Both the position numbers and the translations under genes were made by a program. DNA of 64,000 nt from Heteronotia binoei. Taxonomy: Eukaryota. This document shows, one piece after another, positions 46,501 to 55,342 of the stretch (its first letter is position 1; each line of letters opens with the position of its first letter). The stretch covers positions 30,690,001 to 30,754,000 of the forward strand of contig NC_083227.1 of NCBI RefSeq assembly GCF_032191835.1, read 5' to 3'. Below the pieces are notes generated by a model that searched no databases, had not been told where the DNA came from, and worked only from the letters and a program-made list of their open reading frames with translations.

Positions 46501-49500
46501 TTTCAAGGCCGTCTCTTGGCCCATAGCAGTCTCTATCCAGGGGGTCCGCGTAAACATTGACACACTGCGTACCCACGTGGGGTCCCCATTCTTCTGGATC
46601 AAGCCCAAGATCTCCGACATCCAATGGGATCCTAAGAGAGAGTCCACCAGTTATGGGGTCACCTTGTAACAAGTTCAAGTTTAAGTTAGCCTTTATTGGC
46701 ATAAAATATATAGATGTATATATCAGAGCAAATTGGTTAAAAAAAAATGGAACGATCGCATACATATACATCAGGAAAAGCATAAACTTAAACTATTTTT
46801 ATGAGATCCTCTGGCGTGCCTTCAAAACAGAATAAAGAAATTTAGCCGCTTTCTCAGTGACACTAGATGAAGTATCGTTCAAAAGATTATAGACCTTAAG
46901 TGCATCAGAAGAATCAACCATGCTCACTAAAAGAGGATGTAAATACTTGTGATGAAGATCTGTATATAAATTACAATAAAGAAGAATATGAGTAACTGAC
47001 TGCACACATTTTTGCTTACAGAGACAGTATCTGACTGAGTAGGCTGTCTTGTTAAATCTGCCATAAAGAATGGCAGAGGGCATGGCGTTGCATCTGGCAA
47101 GAGATCTACGCTTCTGTGGCACCTGCAAGACGGATAGATATGAGGCCATTTTCCCAGTACTAAGAGAGATCTCAAAACTCAATGGGGAACAAGTTTTCTT
47201 AGGCAGACTGTATAGGTCTTGGTGCTCAGTATCTAGCAACCTGTTTTTAATTTGTTGGACTGCGGTGGTGAAGGACAGCATGGACAATAGTTCTAGGGAT
47301 AAACCCATCGCCATCCAAACCCTTCACCATTCAGGATATTAAGATCGTCTCCTGGAATGTGGCCGGCTGGCAGAATAAGGCTAAGGATGCTGAGTTTATA
47401 AGATATCTTAAGGGGTTTGATGTTATACTACTCCAAGAAACCTGGACTCCACACCAGATTCAACTTGAAGGGCACAAGTCCTATTCCCTCCCAGCCTTCA
47501 GGAGTAATACATAGGGTCATTTTCAAGCAGGCTTGTCTATACTTGTCTCCTCACATTTTGCCTTGGAACACATCACTCTACAGGCAAACATCTCTATGGT
47601 GTAGGTCGTCAAGCTTCTCCTCAAAAAATTCTCCTTAATTATTGTGAATGTATATGTACCACCCTCTCTAGATAAGCTAACTCTTTTGCAATATTGGGAA
47701 CACTTGGGCACACTCATGGAGGAATTAGAGAGGAAATTTCCAACTATAGAAATAATTCTAGTGGGCGACTTTAATACTAGGGTAGGGAAGGACTGTAGCA
47801 TATTTTTTAAAGCCCTTGATTTTAACCAAGACGACACCCTTCCACTCATTTTCTCCTATCCAAGATACTCCAAAGATAGCCTAAATTCAGCAGGCATCTG
47901 TCATACCAAATTCCGTATGCAATACAACAGAATTTGGTTAAATGGTTTGATTGCCTACCCAAATTCAGGAGAATTCACCTTTGTCTCCCTGAGGGGCTGT
48001 AGCGTAACTGATTACATTTTAATCTCTCCTTTATTGAAACCTTATGTCAAAGATTTTACATTGGGGGATTTTATTACCATTTTCCCCTCATTTTGACTCT
48101 TCAAATTGGTCCTCACATTTATCCCTCCTGTAACTTGTCCCTGCAACCTTACAAGACTGACTTATTGCCCAGAATTCCATGGAATGATCGCACAGTTTGG
48201 AAAACCCAACAGCTCTTCAGCTCTGCTGTATAATACAGATCCTCCTTAATATGTGCATCTGACCCTAATGTATCTATATCAACTTACAATTTTTTAACAT
48301 CTTATATCTCTGAATCACTGAGTGTCAGTTCAGGATGCCCAAGCAGAGGTGCAACTATTCTAGTAAATTCTACACACCGATGGTTCGACAGAGAATGTAA
48401 AGAAACAAAAACTCTTCTGCGTAAAGTTTACAACCAATACCGCAATTCAAAGGCCCTAACTGTGCCATCACAATACTTTGTGCTTAAGGCTCAGTTGCAC
48501 CACCTTATCACAAAAAAGAGGCACAATTATATTAAAACTCAATGGGAAGAGTTATACCATGCTACTACCTTAAACATTCTAATAAGTTCTGGGCCATAGA
48601 CTTGGATGCATTTCGGGCTGATGACCCATCTATGTCTGCCATTTCCTCTTATGTTTGGTTTCAGCACCTCTCAGTTCTGTTCCATCAAGATCTAACTTGT
48701 GCTGAACCATCTGAATTTCCTCTAGCCGATTTACCTGACTGGCCTCCTGTCCCTCCAGAGGAAATAAAAACATTAATTACACAACTGAAATTAGGAAAGG
48801 CTTCTGGCCTGGATGCCATTTCCTCCGAAATCTTAAAATTAGACCCAGATTGGTGGGCTTCTCCCCTTGCATCTCTGTTTACAATTGTAGATCGAACTGG
48901 CATAATTCCCTTGGCATGGTTGAATGCAATAGTGGTCCCGCACAAAAAAAGGTGATCACACTAACCCTGCCAATTACAGGCCAATTAGTCTACTCTCCAT
49001 CATTGGCAAGCTTTACTCCAAACATCTATTAGTCAAGCTCAGTCTCTGGATGTTGCAGGAAAAAATTCTAGGCCCTGAACAGTTGGGCTTCTGCAAAGGG
49101 AAGACCACTTTAGACCACTGCATTACCCTATCCCATCTAGTCAACAAGTACACTGTGCATAATAACCAGAAATTATTTGTTGCTTTTTTAGATTTAAAAG
49201 GCGCATTTGATTCAGTTGACAGGGATCTCCTCTGGATTAAGCTAGATAAACTAAACATGGATAAAAGACTCCTTATGCTTATTAAGAGATTACACACTTC
49301 TACCACCTGCCCGATCAAATGCTCATTAGCAGGCAACTTAACATCGAAGATTGCTGCCAAAAGGGTGTCAAACAGGGTGGCATTTTGGCTCCCTTTTTAT
49401 TCAATCTCTTCCTTAATGACCTGGCTATTCAGTTGTCTGGTCCTGACTGCCATAGTCCAAAATTTGGTGCATTACATGTACCCTTGTTACTTTATGCTGA

Positions 49501-52500
49501 TGATACGGTGCTGTTGTCCTGCTCTAGAGTAGTCTTAAGACGTCTGTTGTCCCGTTGTGTTCTGTATTTTACTAATAATAAGCTCCAGCTCAATTATGAG
49601 AAGTCCAAAATCTTAGTTCTCAAAAAAGTGGAGACTTTACAAATGGGTTACTGATGGTAAAGAGAAAGAGCAAGTCAAGTATTTTAAATACTTAGGTGTT
49701 TATTTTCAATATAATGTGACTTGGCCTACCCATCGCAAGTATGCAGCGAAGATAGCTAACATCAGTGCATCTGCCATAGCTCACTTTTTTTTATGGCAGA
49801 GGTAACCAATTTGTGCCAGCTGCCATAAAAATATTCAAAGCCAAAGTGATTTCACCTTGTAACAAGAGTTTCCTTCCCACACCCAATTAGATGATCTGAA
49901 CTAAATTTTAAAGGCTTTGCCTGTGTAAAACTGTTTAGGAGCACAGCCCTCCAGGATTTATCTATTGAAAGGAGATTATCAGCCTTTAATTCTGGTCATA
50001 TAAAAGAGTAAGGGGAGTAAGTAGGCTTCCCAAACCTCCCGCCCTGCTGGGGCCCCCCAGGTTTAGCCCCCTTCTCTCCCGCTTTCCAAAAATCTGAAGC
50101 GGGGTGGGGGGTATGGCGTCTGGGAGCGATTCCGTTGTGAGCGGTTGCTTAAGGTGGAGAGCTCAGTTCCTCTGCACGAGAAGAGCCAAGCTGAGTCCAG
50201 AAACACCTTAAGAGACCACCAAGATTTTTAGGGTTATAAACAGCTTTCAAGATTCAAAGCCCCCTTCGTCTGATCTTCTGAAGGGAACTTTGGTTGCAGT
50301 CACGCACACAAAGATAAAAGGGCCTCCTGGAGCGGGGCGGGGGGGGGGAGTGGTAAGTTAACTGTATACTGCCTAGCCCTTGTAGGATTGCCACCCCCCC
50401 CCCCCCCGGCTTTCTGGCTCCTCTTTCACTTCCCAATCCCGGCGTTTGAACCTGCTGGGATCAATTTGCAGCCGCTTTGCATTCCACAGACTTCCGTCAT
50501 CCCACTTCTTCATAATCTTCTTCTTTTTGCACATTTATTTGGAAACAAATCCCAGTGTTTCAGCTGAGTTTACTCCCTACTAGGCACAAGAAAGATTGCA
50601 GTGCCTCTGTTTCCTGCTGAAGAGAGTTGACCCAACCTTGTGCACACTGATTTGGGAGCACTCTTTGAAGTAGGCATGCTGAATTAAGGCTGCTGTTGTA
50701 AGCAGTGTTACTGGGTGAACTTGCCTTCTGAGCTTAGGGTTGCCAATCCCCAGGTAGGGACAGGGGATCCCCTGATTTGGAGGCCCTTCCCCGACTTCAG
50801 GGTCATCAGAAAGCAGAAGGGGGGGGGAAATGTCTGCTGGCCACTCCATTATTCCCTATGAAGATCGATTCCCATAGAATAATGGATAATTGATCTGTGG
50901 GTATCAGGGCTCTAGGGGGCTGTTTTTTGAGATAGAGGCACCAAATTTGTATCATAGCATCCAGTGCCTCTTCCCAAAATACCCTCCAAGTTTCAAAATG
51001 ATTGGACCAGGAGGTCCAATTCTATGACCCCAAAAGAAGGTGTCCCTATCTTTCATTATTTCCAAAGGAGGGAAGGCATTTAAAAGGTATGCAGTTCCTT
51101 TAAATATGATGGCAAGAACTTCCTTTGGAGTTCAAATATGCTTATCACGCCCTTGCTGCTGGATCCACCCCAATGTCTCCTGGCTTCATCCCCAAAGTCT
51201 CCTGGCTCCACCCCCAAAGTCCCCAGATATTTCTTGAATTGGACTTGGCAACCCTAGGAGTAAGTTAAGTTCAAACTTAAAAACAAATTGAGGTTGACTT
51301 CTCATTTTAAAAAATATTGTATGTTTTTGAGACAACTCTCAAAAAGTGCAGTTTCTCTCAACAATTGTTTTGCCTTTACCCCAGTGTTTAGCCTCTCTGT
51401 GTGTGCTCTAATTAGAGCTGCTAAGCTCCCACCAGGGCAGGGGATTCTCCACCCTGGAGGGCCCCAACGCGTTGGCAAGGAGCAGATCCCCGGGAGGATC
51501 CCCGCCCCCAAAGAGCCCCGTCAGTCCTAGAGTACCGTCCGGCACGATGATGTCACTTCTGGGTGATGTCACAGCAGCGGAGGGACTTGACAATCCTAGC
51601 TTTAATGTGATAAGTTTCCATTGCCATAGAGTGTAATAGATACCTGTAATACTTTTAAATTGCTAAACTCAACCTTTGAGTACCCACCATTCCTTGGAGG
51701 TCCTCCCATCCAAATACAAACCAGGGCCAACCCTGCATAGCTTGTGAGGTCTGACAAGATAGAGCTAGCCTGAGCTGTCTGGGTCAGAAAGATGAAAATA
51801 TTAAAAAAAAAAGGTTTAGTTGAAAAGTGCTTGAACTTGCAAACTCATCAAGAAAAGGTTAGTGACATCACAGCTACTGCCACAACCTCTTCTGCCTCCC
51901 CTCCCCACCCCATCCCGTTTGTTTTGCAATGCATGCCTTTCATCTACAGTGGAGCAAACTAAATATTTCTCTCCTCTCAGAAAATCATTAACAGGATCAC
52001 AAGAACGGGAGTGTTTTTTTCCCCAAAGAGCTGGCTACTCTGAACATTCTTCACTGGCAAAATTCCTCCTGACTTAAGCCCATTTCTCCAACCTTAGACC
52101 ACAAGGAGGAAGCCACAAAATGGATATTCTTTGCTGAGAAGCTGTTGTGGGTTTTGGCAAGGTGACCAAACACGATCTGTCAGGGCTCTCCAGAAACATC
52201 ACTCCAAGTGCTACGATGTAGAGATTTTTCTAGACAGATTCATGTGGGTCGTCATGTTTGTTTGAAGCAACAGGACAAAGTTTGAGTCCAGGGGCACCTT
52301 CAAGACCAACAATACTTCTGGATATAGACTTTTGTGATGAAGTGTGCATGCACACAAAAACAACTATTGATGTTGAAGGTACCCCTGGACTCAAACTTTG
52401 TTCCTTTTCTACACAAACTCTATTTACAGATAGTAACTTGTGTTCAGACAGCCAAGGAATGCCACACATACTCTTTTATTATTTACCTTGTTTTTTCCCC

Positions 52501-53676
52501 CAATGGGGACCCAAGCAGCTTACATCATTCTCCTGCCTCCATTTTCCCCTCACAGCAACAACCCTATGAGGTAGCTTAGGGCTGAGAGAATGACTGGCCC
52601 AATGTCACCAAATGAGCTTCCGTAGTAGAGTGTTGGATTGGAACCTGGGTATCCGAAATCCTGGTCCAAAGTTGTAACCACTACACCATGCAGGCTCTCG
52701 CTGTCTGTGGTGGGAGTCATTTAGACATCACTGAATTTCTCAAGGGAAATCTGAACTCCATCACAGACATCCCTTTGGTCATTTAAATGTTTACATTATC
52801 CAGGATGAAATATGTAGATTCAAAAATCTCTGAACAAACTCAAGAGCCTGCATGGTGTAGTAGTTAAGCATGGACTGTAATCTGGAGAACCCAGTTTGAT
52901 TCCCCACTCCTCCTCAACGTGAAACCTACTGGGGGGTATTGGGCCAGTCTCTCACAGCTCTTTTAGCCCCACTTACCTCCCGGGGTGCATGTTGTGGGGA
53001 GACGAAGGGGAGGTGATTGTAAGTCACTTTGGGACTCCTTAAGGAAGAAGACTGCAGATTTATACCACACCATTCTCTCTGAATTAGAGACTCAGAGTGG
53101 CTTACAATCTCCTATATCTTCTCCCTCCACAACAGACACCACGTGAGGTAGGTAGGGCTGAGAGAGCTCTCACAGCAGCTGCTCTTTCAAGGACAACTCC
53201 TGCGATAGGTATGGCTAACCCAAGGCTATTCCAGCAGCTATAAGTGGAGGAGAGAAAGAGAAAAGCAGTGGGAGAAAAGCAGGATATAAAAACCCACTGT
53301 TCTTCTTCTTGGGTTTCTACCTTTTTTTAATCCTCTTTATCCAACCTTAGAACAGGGAACAAAATCAGAATTTGTCTCATAACAAGTTCAAGAGTTGCTA
53401 TAAGCCCTAAGGAATGCCATCTTCTCCCCTCACGCTGGCACCACTGATTTTTGTCGATGTATCTTCAAGGGGTTTCCTCCCCTTCTCTGTGCCAACATCC
53501 TGTGTGGCTCCCTTCCATCCATTTTCATCCACCTTACCTGATTTGGGGTAAGTGATACTAAATATATCATCGTCCTGTACTTGAAATTCATTTTCCACAT
53601 AGTTGATGCTTTCCTCCGTGTGCACTTGCATGGGGAAAGGGATCCCCTTGTGGGTGAAATAGGCTACTGACGACAT
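34483..53676 (-). CDS. SULT2B1-like: SULT2-family cytosolic sulfotransferase, 6 coding exons, 286 aa, open reading frame intact
   Basis: Exons 53538-53676, 46423-46631, 40633-40759, 38562-38656, 36876-37056, 34483-34592 (139+209+127+95+181+110 = 861 nt), all GT-AG and in frame; motifs [27 protein letters not shown]. The 209-nt second exon is the SULT2 layout; exact orthology not established. Confidence 0.93.
34975..35258 (+). mobile_element. MIR/Squam3-like SINE
   Basis: Full-length match to 25581-25858; (cat)n tail. Confidence 0.8.
35565..35855 (-). mobile_element. MIR/Squam3-like SINE
   Basis: Reverse complement of the 25581-25858 family; (aag)n on the + strand. Confidence 0.8.
36876..37056 (-). 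CDS. SULT2B1-like: SULT2 exon 5 ([14 protein letters not shown]...KLMRK)
   Basis: Acceptor tgtccttcccag|, donor aaag|gtaaca; 181 nt. Confidence 0.93.
37088..37290 (-). mobile_element. tRNA-derived SINE
   Basis: Reverse complement of the 3165-3365 family. Confidence 0.65.
37470..38090 (-). mobile_element. L2 LINE 3' fragment interleaved with CR1 3' UTR pieces
   Basis: Degenerate RA(F)SVLAP..N and [16 protein letters not shown]-terminal L2 motifs; (aat)n tail; flanked by CR1-tail-like sequence. Confidence 0.6.
38562..38656 (-). CDS. SULT2B1-like: SULT2 exon 4 ([13 protein letters not shown]...TYEELQQ)
   Basis: Acceptor cctatttccag|, donor gcag|gtatgg; 95 nt. Confidence 0.93.
39964..40154. 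repeat. 88-bp inverted repeat (Penelope-type inverted pair)
   Basis: Arms 39964-40051 and 40067-40154, one mismatch, 15-nt spacer; each arm has a hammerhead remnant (gaaga...gaaagct). Confidence 0.9.
40287..40500. mobile_element. Internally deleted TAGGG-family MITE
   Basis: tagggctgccaatcccc ... ggcaacccta; no TSD found. Confidence 0.6.
40633..40759 (-). CDS. SULT2B1-like: SULT2 exon 3 ([18 protein letters not shown]...FLSGN)
   Basis: Acceptor atctcacag|, donor aatg|gtatgg; 127 nt. Confidence 0.93.
41350..41683. mobile_element. One-ended hAT-like element abutting the truncated Gypsy 3' LTR
   Basis: Starts cagagccggcgc (CAGGGCCGG-type TIR); internal inverted repeat taccagcttcaatg / cattgaagctggta; other end missing. 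Confidence 0.5.
41866..44910 (-). CDS. Gypsy pol ORF (protease VDSG, RT FDD, RNase H, integrase HHCC and DDE), probably inactive
   Basis: 1014-aa open frame in Gypsy domain order; integrase TDNG reads TNNG and RNase H EKE reads NKK. Confidence 0.9.
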   Translation of the reverse strand: MPCQMEVDSGSASSIIAAETFFKIPTRLRPRLRDPGFTLLDFQKNKVPILGVGPVPVQYKGFKGQLQVLVVKNHLTNLLGLDWFKPLGLEIRGVNKTVGVDFNKVCEEFPAVFDGTLGCYTGPPITLHLDLTVRPIRLKARRVPFALKPKIEEELDKLIAQGILEPVTHTTWETPIVTPVKPSGEVRICADYKCTLNKALQAHAYPVPIVSHVLATLASAKNFGKLDLAQAYQQLPVDEATANTQTIVTHRRAFRVKRLQFGVSVAPGLFQELMDSLLKGLPRVTPFFDDVLIAAASPEEFAARLRGVLQRFETAGLKVKWEKCLLGVDRVEFLGFPIDAQGVHPSDAKLRAIRDAPAPTNKQELQAFLSLLNFYHAFLPHKAAVAEPLHRLLDKNRPWAWGRQHAKAFQDIKGLLMSNSVLAHFDETLPLALACDASPYGVGAVLGHRLPDGTKVPIAYYSRTLSSAERNYAQINKKGLAVVAGVKKFHDYIYGRPFTLYTDHKPLLGLFASDRQTPQVLSPRVLRWSIFLAGYTYTLVHRPGKAMGHADALSRLPLPDVDPDPAPAHQILLMDMLPDRPLLARDVAARSTRDPVLSRVLDWVGRGWPKGSTGPEFTLFAARKDELSTPKGCLLWGNRVVIPKPLQYQVLRALHEAHPGIVRMKALARSYVWWPGLDAEIEAWVKRCPTCQVSRPDPPRGPVQSWESTKNPWSRLHMDFAGPFHGRTLLILVDSYSKWLEVVQVPSPSSQATIRALRAIFATHGLPETIVTNNGTAFTSAVFQDFLARNLIRHIRSAPFHPATNGQAERMVRTAKEALNRLGSSDWPKDMACFLMAYWTTPTASTGRSPAELLMGRRISTLLDKLHPDRAPDRRPAPEHLKAPRGFYPGETVWARNYATTGPAWLPGKVDHVSRPVSYAVTLEGGHLLRRHIDQLRGRLPAREPRSEAPDPDNVSPREPDAEQGSVEPASAQQEETPDRAAEPRSPGAAVPDISSSAAAEPPTESERPVPSEL
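45959..45977 (-). promoter_or_regulatory. Primer-binding site complementary to tRNA-Ser(GCT)
   Basis: tggcgacgaggatgggatt begins 1 nt after the LTR CA; complement of the ...AATCCCATCCTCGTCG-CCA 3' end of vertebrate tRNA-Ser(GCT). Confidence 0.85.
45979..46358 (-). repeat. Gypsy 5' LTR (380 bp)
   Basis: TGTT...TACA ends; four CCAAT boxes, TATAAA at 46097-46092, AGTAAA at 46043-46038; the first ~104 bp match 41684-41787. Confidence 0.9.
46423..46631 (-). CDS. SULT2B1-like: SULT2 exon 2 ([12 protein letters not shown]...[19 protein letters not shown])
   Basis: Acceptor ctctctcttag|, donor caag|gtaaga; 209 nt. Confidence 0.93.
46674..49851. mobile_element. APE-type non-LTR retrotransposon (RTEX-like, clade uncertain) with 5' inversion and 15-bp TSD
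   Basis: EN and RT on + (47341-49851: [33 protein letters not shown]); C-terminal C-x-C...H...C region and aataaa-(aactt)n tail on - (47314-46674); TSD tcaccttgtaacaag at 46659-46673 and 49852-49866. Confidence 0.9.
50022..51256. mobile_element. Composite hAT element: outer TAGG ends, unrelated interior and an internal complete MITE (50735-51256)
   Basis: Perfect TSD ggagtaag at 50014-50021 and 51257-51264; the internal MITE has no TSD of its own. Confidence 0.8.
52262..52410. mobile_element. Penelope-like inverted terminal pair (degraded hammerhead)
   Basis: Arms gacaaagtttgagtccagggg / cccctggactcaaactttgtt; gtgatgaagtgtgcatgcacac remnant. Confidence 0.6.
52845..53255. mobile_element. Two tail-to-tail MIR/Squam3-like SINEs (+ ~52845-53040, - ~53042-53255)
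   Basis: Both match the 25581-25858 family. Confidence 0.65.
53538..53676 (-). CDS. SULT2B1-like: SULT2 coding exon 1 ([14 protein letters not shown]...[12 protein letters not shown])
   Basis: ATG 6 nt after the acceptor ttttctctgtag| (53682), implying an upstream non-coding exon; donor tcag|gtaagg. Confidence 0.92.
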
Positions 53677-54391
53677 TGCAAACTACAGAGAAAAGAGAGA
53701 GAAGCAACATTTACCAGGCTACCTCTGTGAACCAGGATTTTCACAAAGATTAAAGAGGGTATCTTGTGTTACCCAGAGCATCACAATCCCACTGAACCTC
53801 AAATATGCCCCTTCAGCTCAGAAGCAGTGACCTTTGTCATTCCCATACTGTTCTGGACATAGCTGAACAGTCTGTTCAAAACACAAGAACCCTGTTGCAT
53901 TATAAACAAGGGCACTCAGTGCCTCTGAACCCCAGAGCAACAGGGCTGTGTTCCTTAACCTTGCCCCCAGAGCTACTCCTTTAAGAACAATTTGGACTGC
54001 TGCTGCAGACATTTGCATTATGTTGTTTGTCCTAATTATTTCTGCCTGGTGTGTGTCCGCCCTCCCCATCCAAGAAGGTGAAGCTTTACCAGTTACAGTC
54101 AGGAAGCTGCCGCTAGTCACACTTTCTCCTGCTGGGTTTTACATACGAATCCCTTGGTAAAGGGGAAGCAGCAGGCTAGGCGGGCTTCTTTCCTGGCTAT
54201 TTGACAACTTTAGTTTATGGCTAATTCCCTCCCTCAGAGCTAAATCTGATCTCCCCTGCTCACCTTACGTCTAAGGCTGTTCACTCTCTCCTCTGCAACT
54301 CCAACTTGTGCCCTTTCCCCGCCCCCCACAACTCTGTCAGGAGGGCTGGGCTTAACCCTTGCTCTAGCATAGAACAGGCAGCATTTCTGTA

Positions 54392-54923
54392 TAGGGTTGC
54401 CAATCCCCAGGTAGGGCCAGGGGATCCCCCGGTTTGGAGGCCCTCCCCCCGCTTCAGGGTCATCAGAAAGCGGGGGGAAGGGAGGGAAATGTCTGCTGGG
54501 AACTCTGTTATTCCTTATGGAGATTTATTCCCATAGAAAATCATGGAAAATTGATCTGTGGGTATCTGAGGCTCTGGGGGGGGGCTGTTTTTTGGGGTAG
54601 AGGCACCAAATTTTCAGTATAGCATCTAGTGCCTCTCCCCAAAATACCCCCCAAGTTTCAAAAAGATTGGACGAGGGGGTCCAATTCTATGAGCCCCAAA
54701 AGAAGGTGCCCCTATCCTTCATTATTTCCTATGGAAGGAAGGCATTGAAAAGGTGTGCCGTCCCTTTAAATGTGATGGCCAGAACTCCGTTTGGAGTTCA
54801 ATTATGCTTGTCACAGCCTTGATCTTGGCTCCACCCCTAATGTCTCCTGACTCCACCCCCAACATCTCCTGGCTCCACCCCCAAAGTCCCCAGATATTTC
54901 TTGAATTGGACTTGGCAACCCTA
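54392..54923. mobile_element. hAT MITE, TAGGGTTGCCA family
   Basis: Perfect TSD tttctgta at 54384-54391 and 54924-54931. Confidence 0.92.
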
Positions 54924-54954
54924 TTTCTGTAGCACATTTACCAAGGCCCAGAAG

Positions 54955-55170
54955 CTAAGGTTGCCAAGTCTGACTCAGGAAATATCTGGGGATTTTGGGG
55001 ATGGAACCAGGAGCAAGGTTGTGAAAAGCACAATTGAACTCCAAAGGGAGTTCTGGCATTCACATTTAAAGGGACCACACACCTTTTAAATGCCTTCCCT
55101 CCATTGCAAATAATGAAGGATAGGGGCACCTTCTTTTGGGGATCATAAAATTGGACCTCCTGGCGGTTGC
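54955..55170. mobile_element. Truncated, inverted copy of the TAGGG-family MITE
   Basis: Reverse-complement match to the right half of 54392-54923. Confidence 0.7.
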
Positions 55171-55342
55171 ATTTATTCTTGCTGTGTTTGTGCTTCACTT
55201 GTGCATTTATTTCCTTTCTGTAATGCCGCTATTTTTATTTACCTGATCTAACTTGGTTTCCTGTTATTTAAATACATTTCTTATTTATTCCCCTTCATTG
55301 TTTTTTGAACATTGGTCTGTGTCTCAACCCCAATATACAGAG

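Noticed and set aside
46799-49851. Two independent LINE insertions in opposite orientations
   Set aside because: One 15-bp TSD encloses both halves, and they are complementary, non-overlapping parts of a single ORF2.
50735-51256. Independent MITE insertion
   Set aside because: Its flanks (tctgagct / ggagtaag) do not match; the TSD pairs with 50014-50021 instead.
34483-53676. SULT2 as a pseudogene because of the heavy transposon load
   Set aside because: All six exons are in frame with canonical splice sites and intact catalytic motifs.
54089-54270. SULT2 first non-coding exon
   Set aside because: Candidate donors exist (54088, ~54267) but nothing in the sequence discriminates between them or more distant options.
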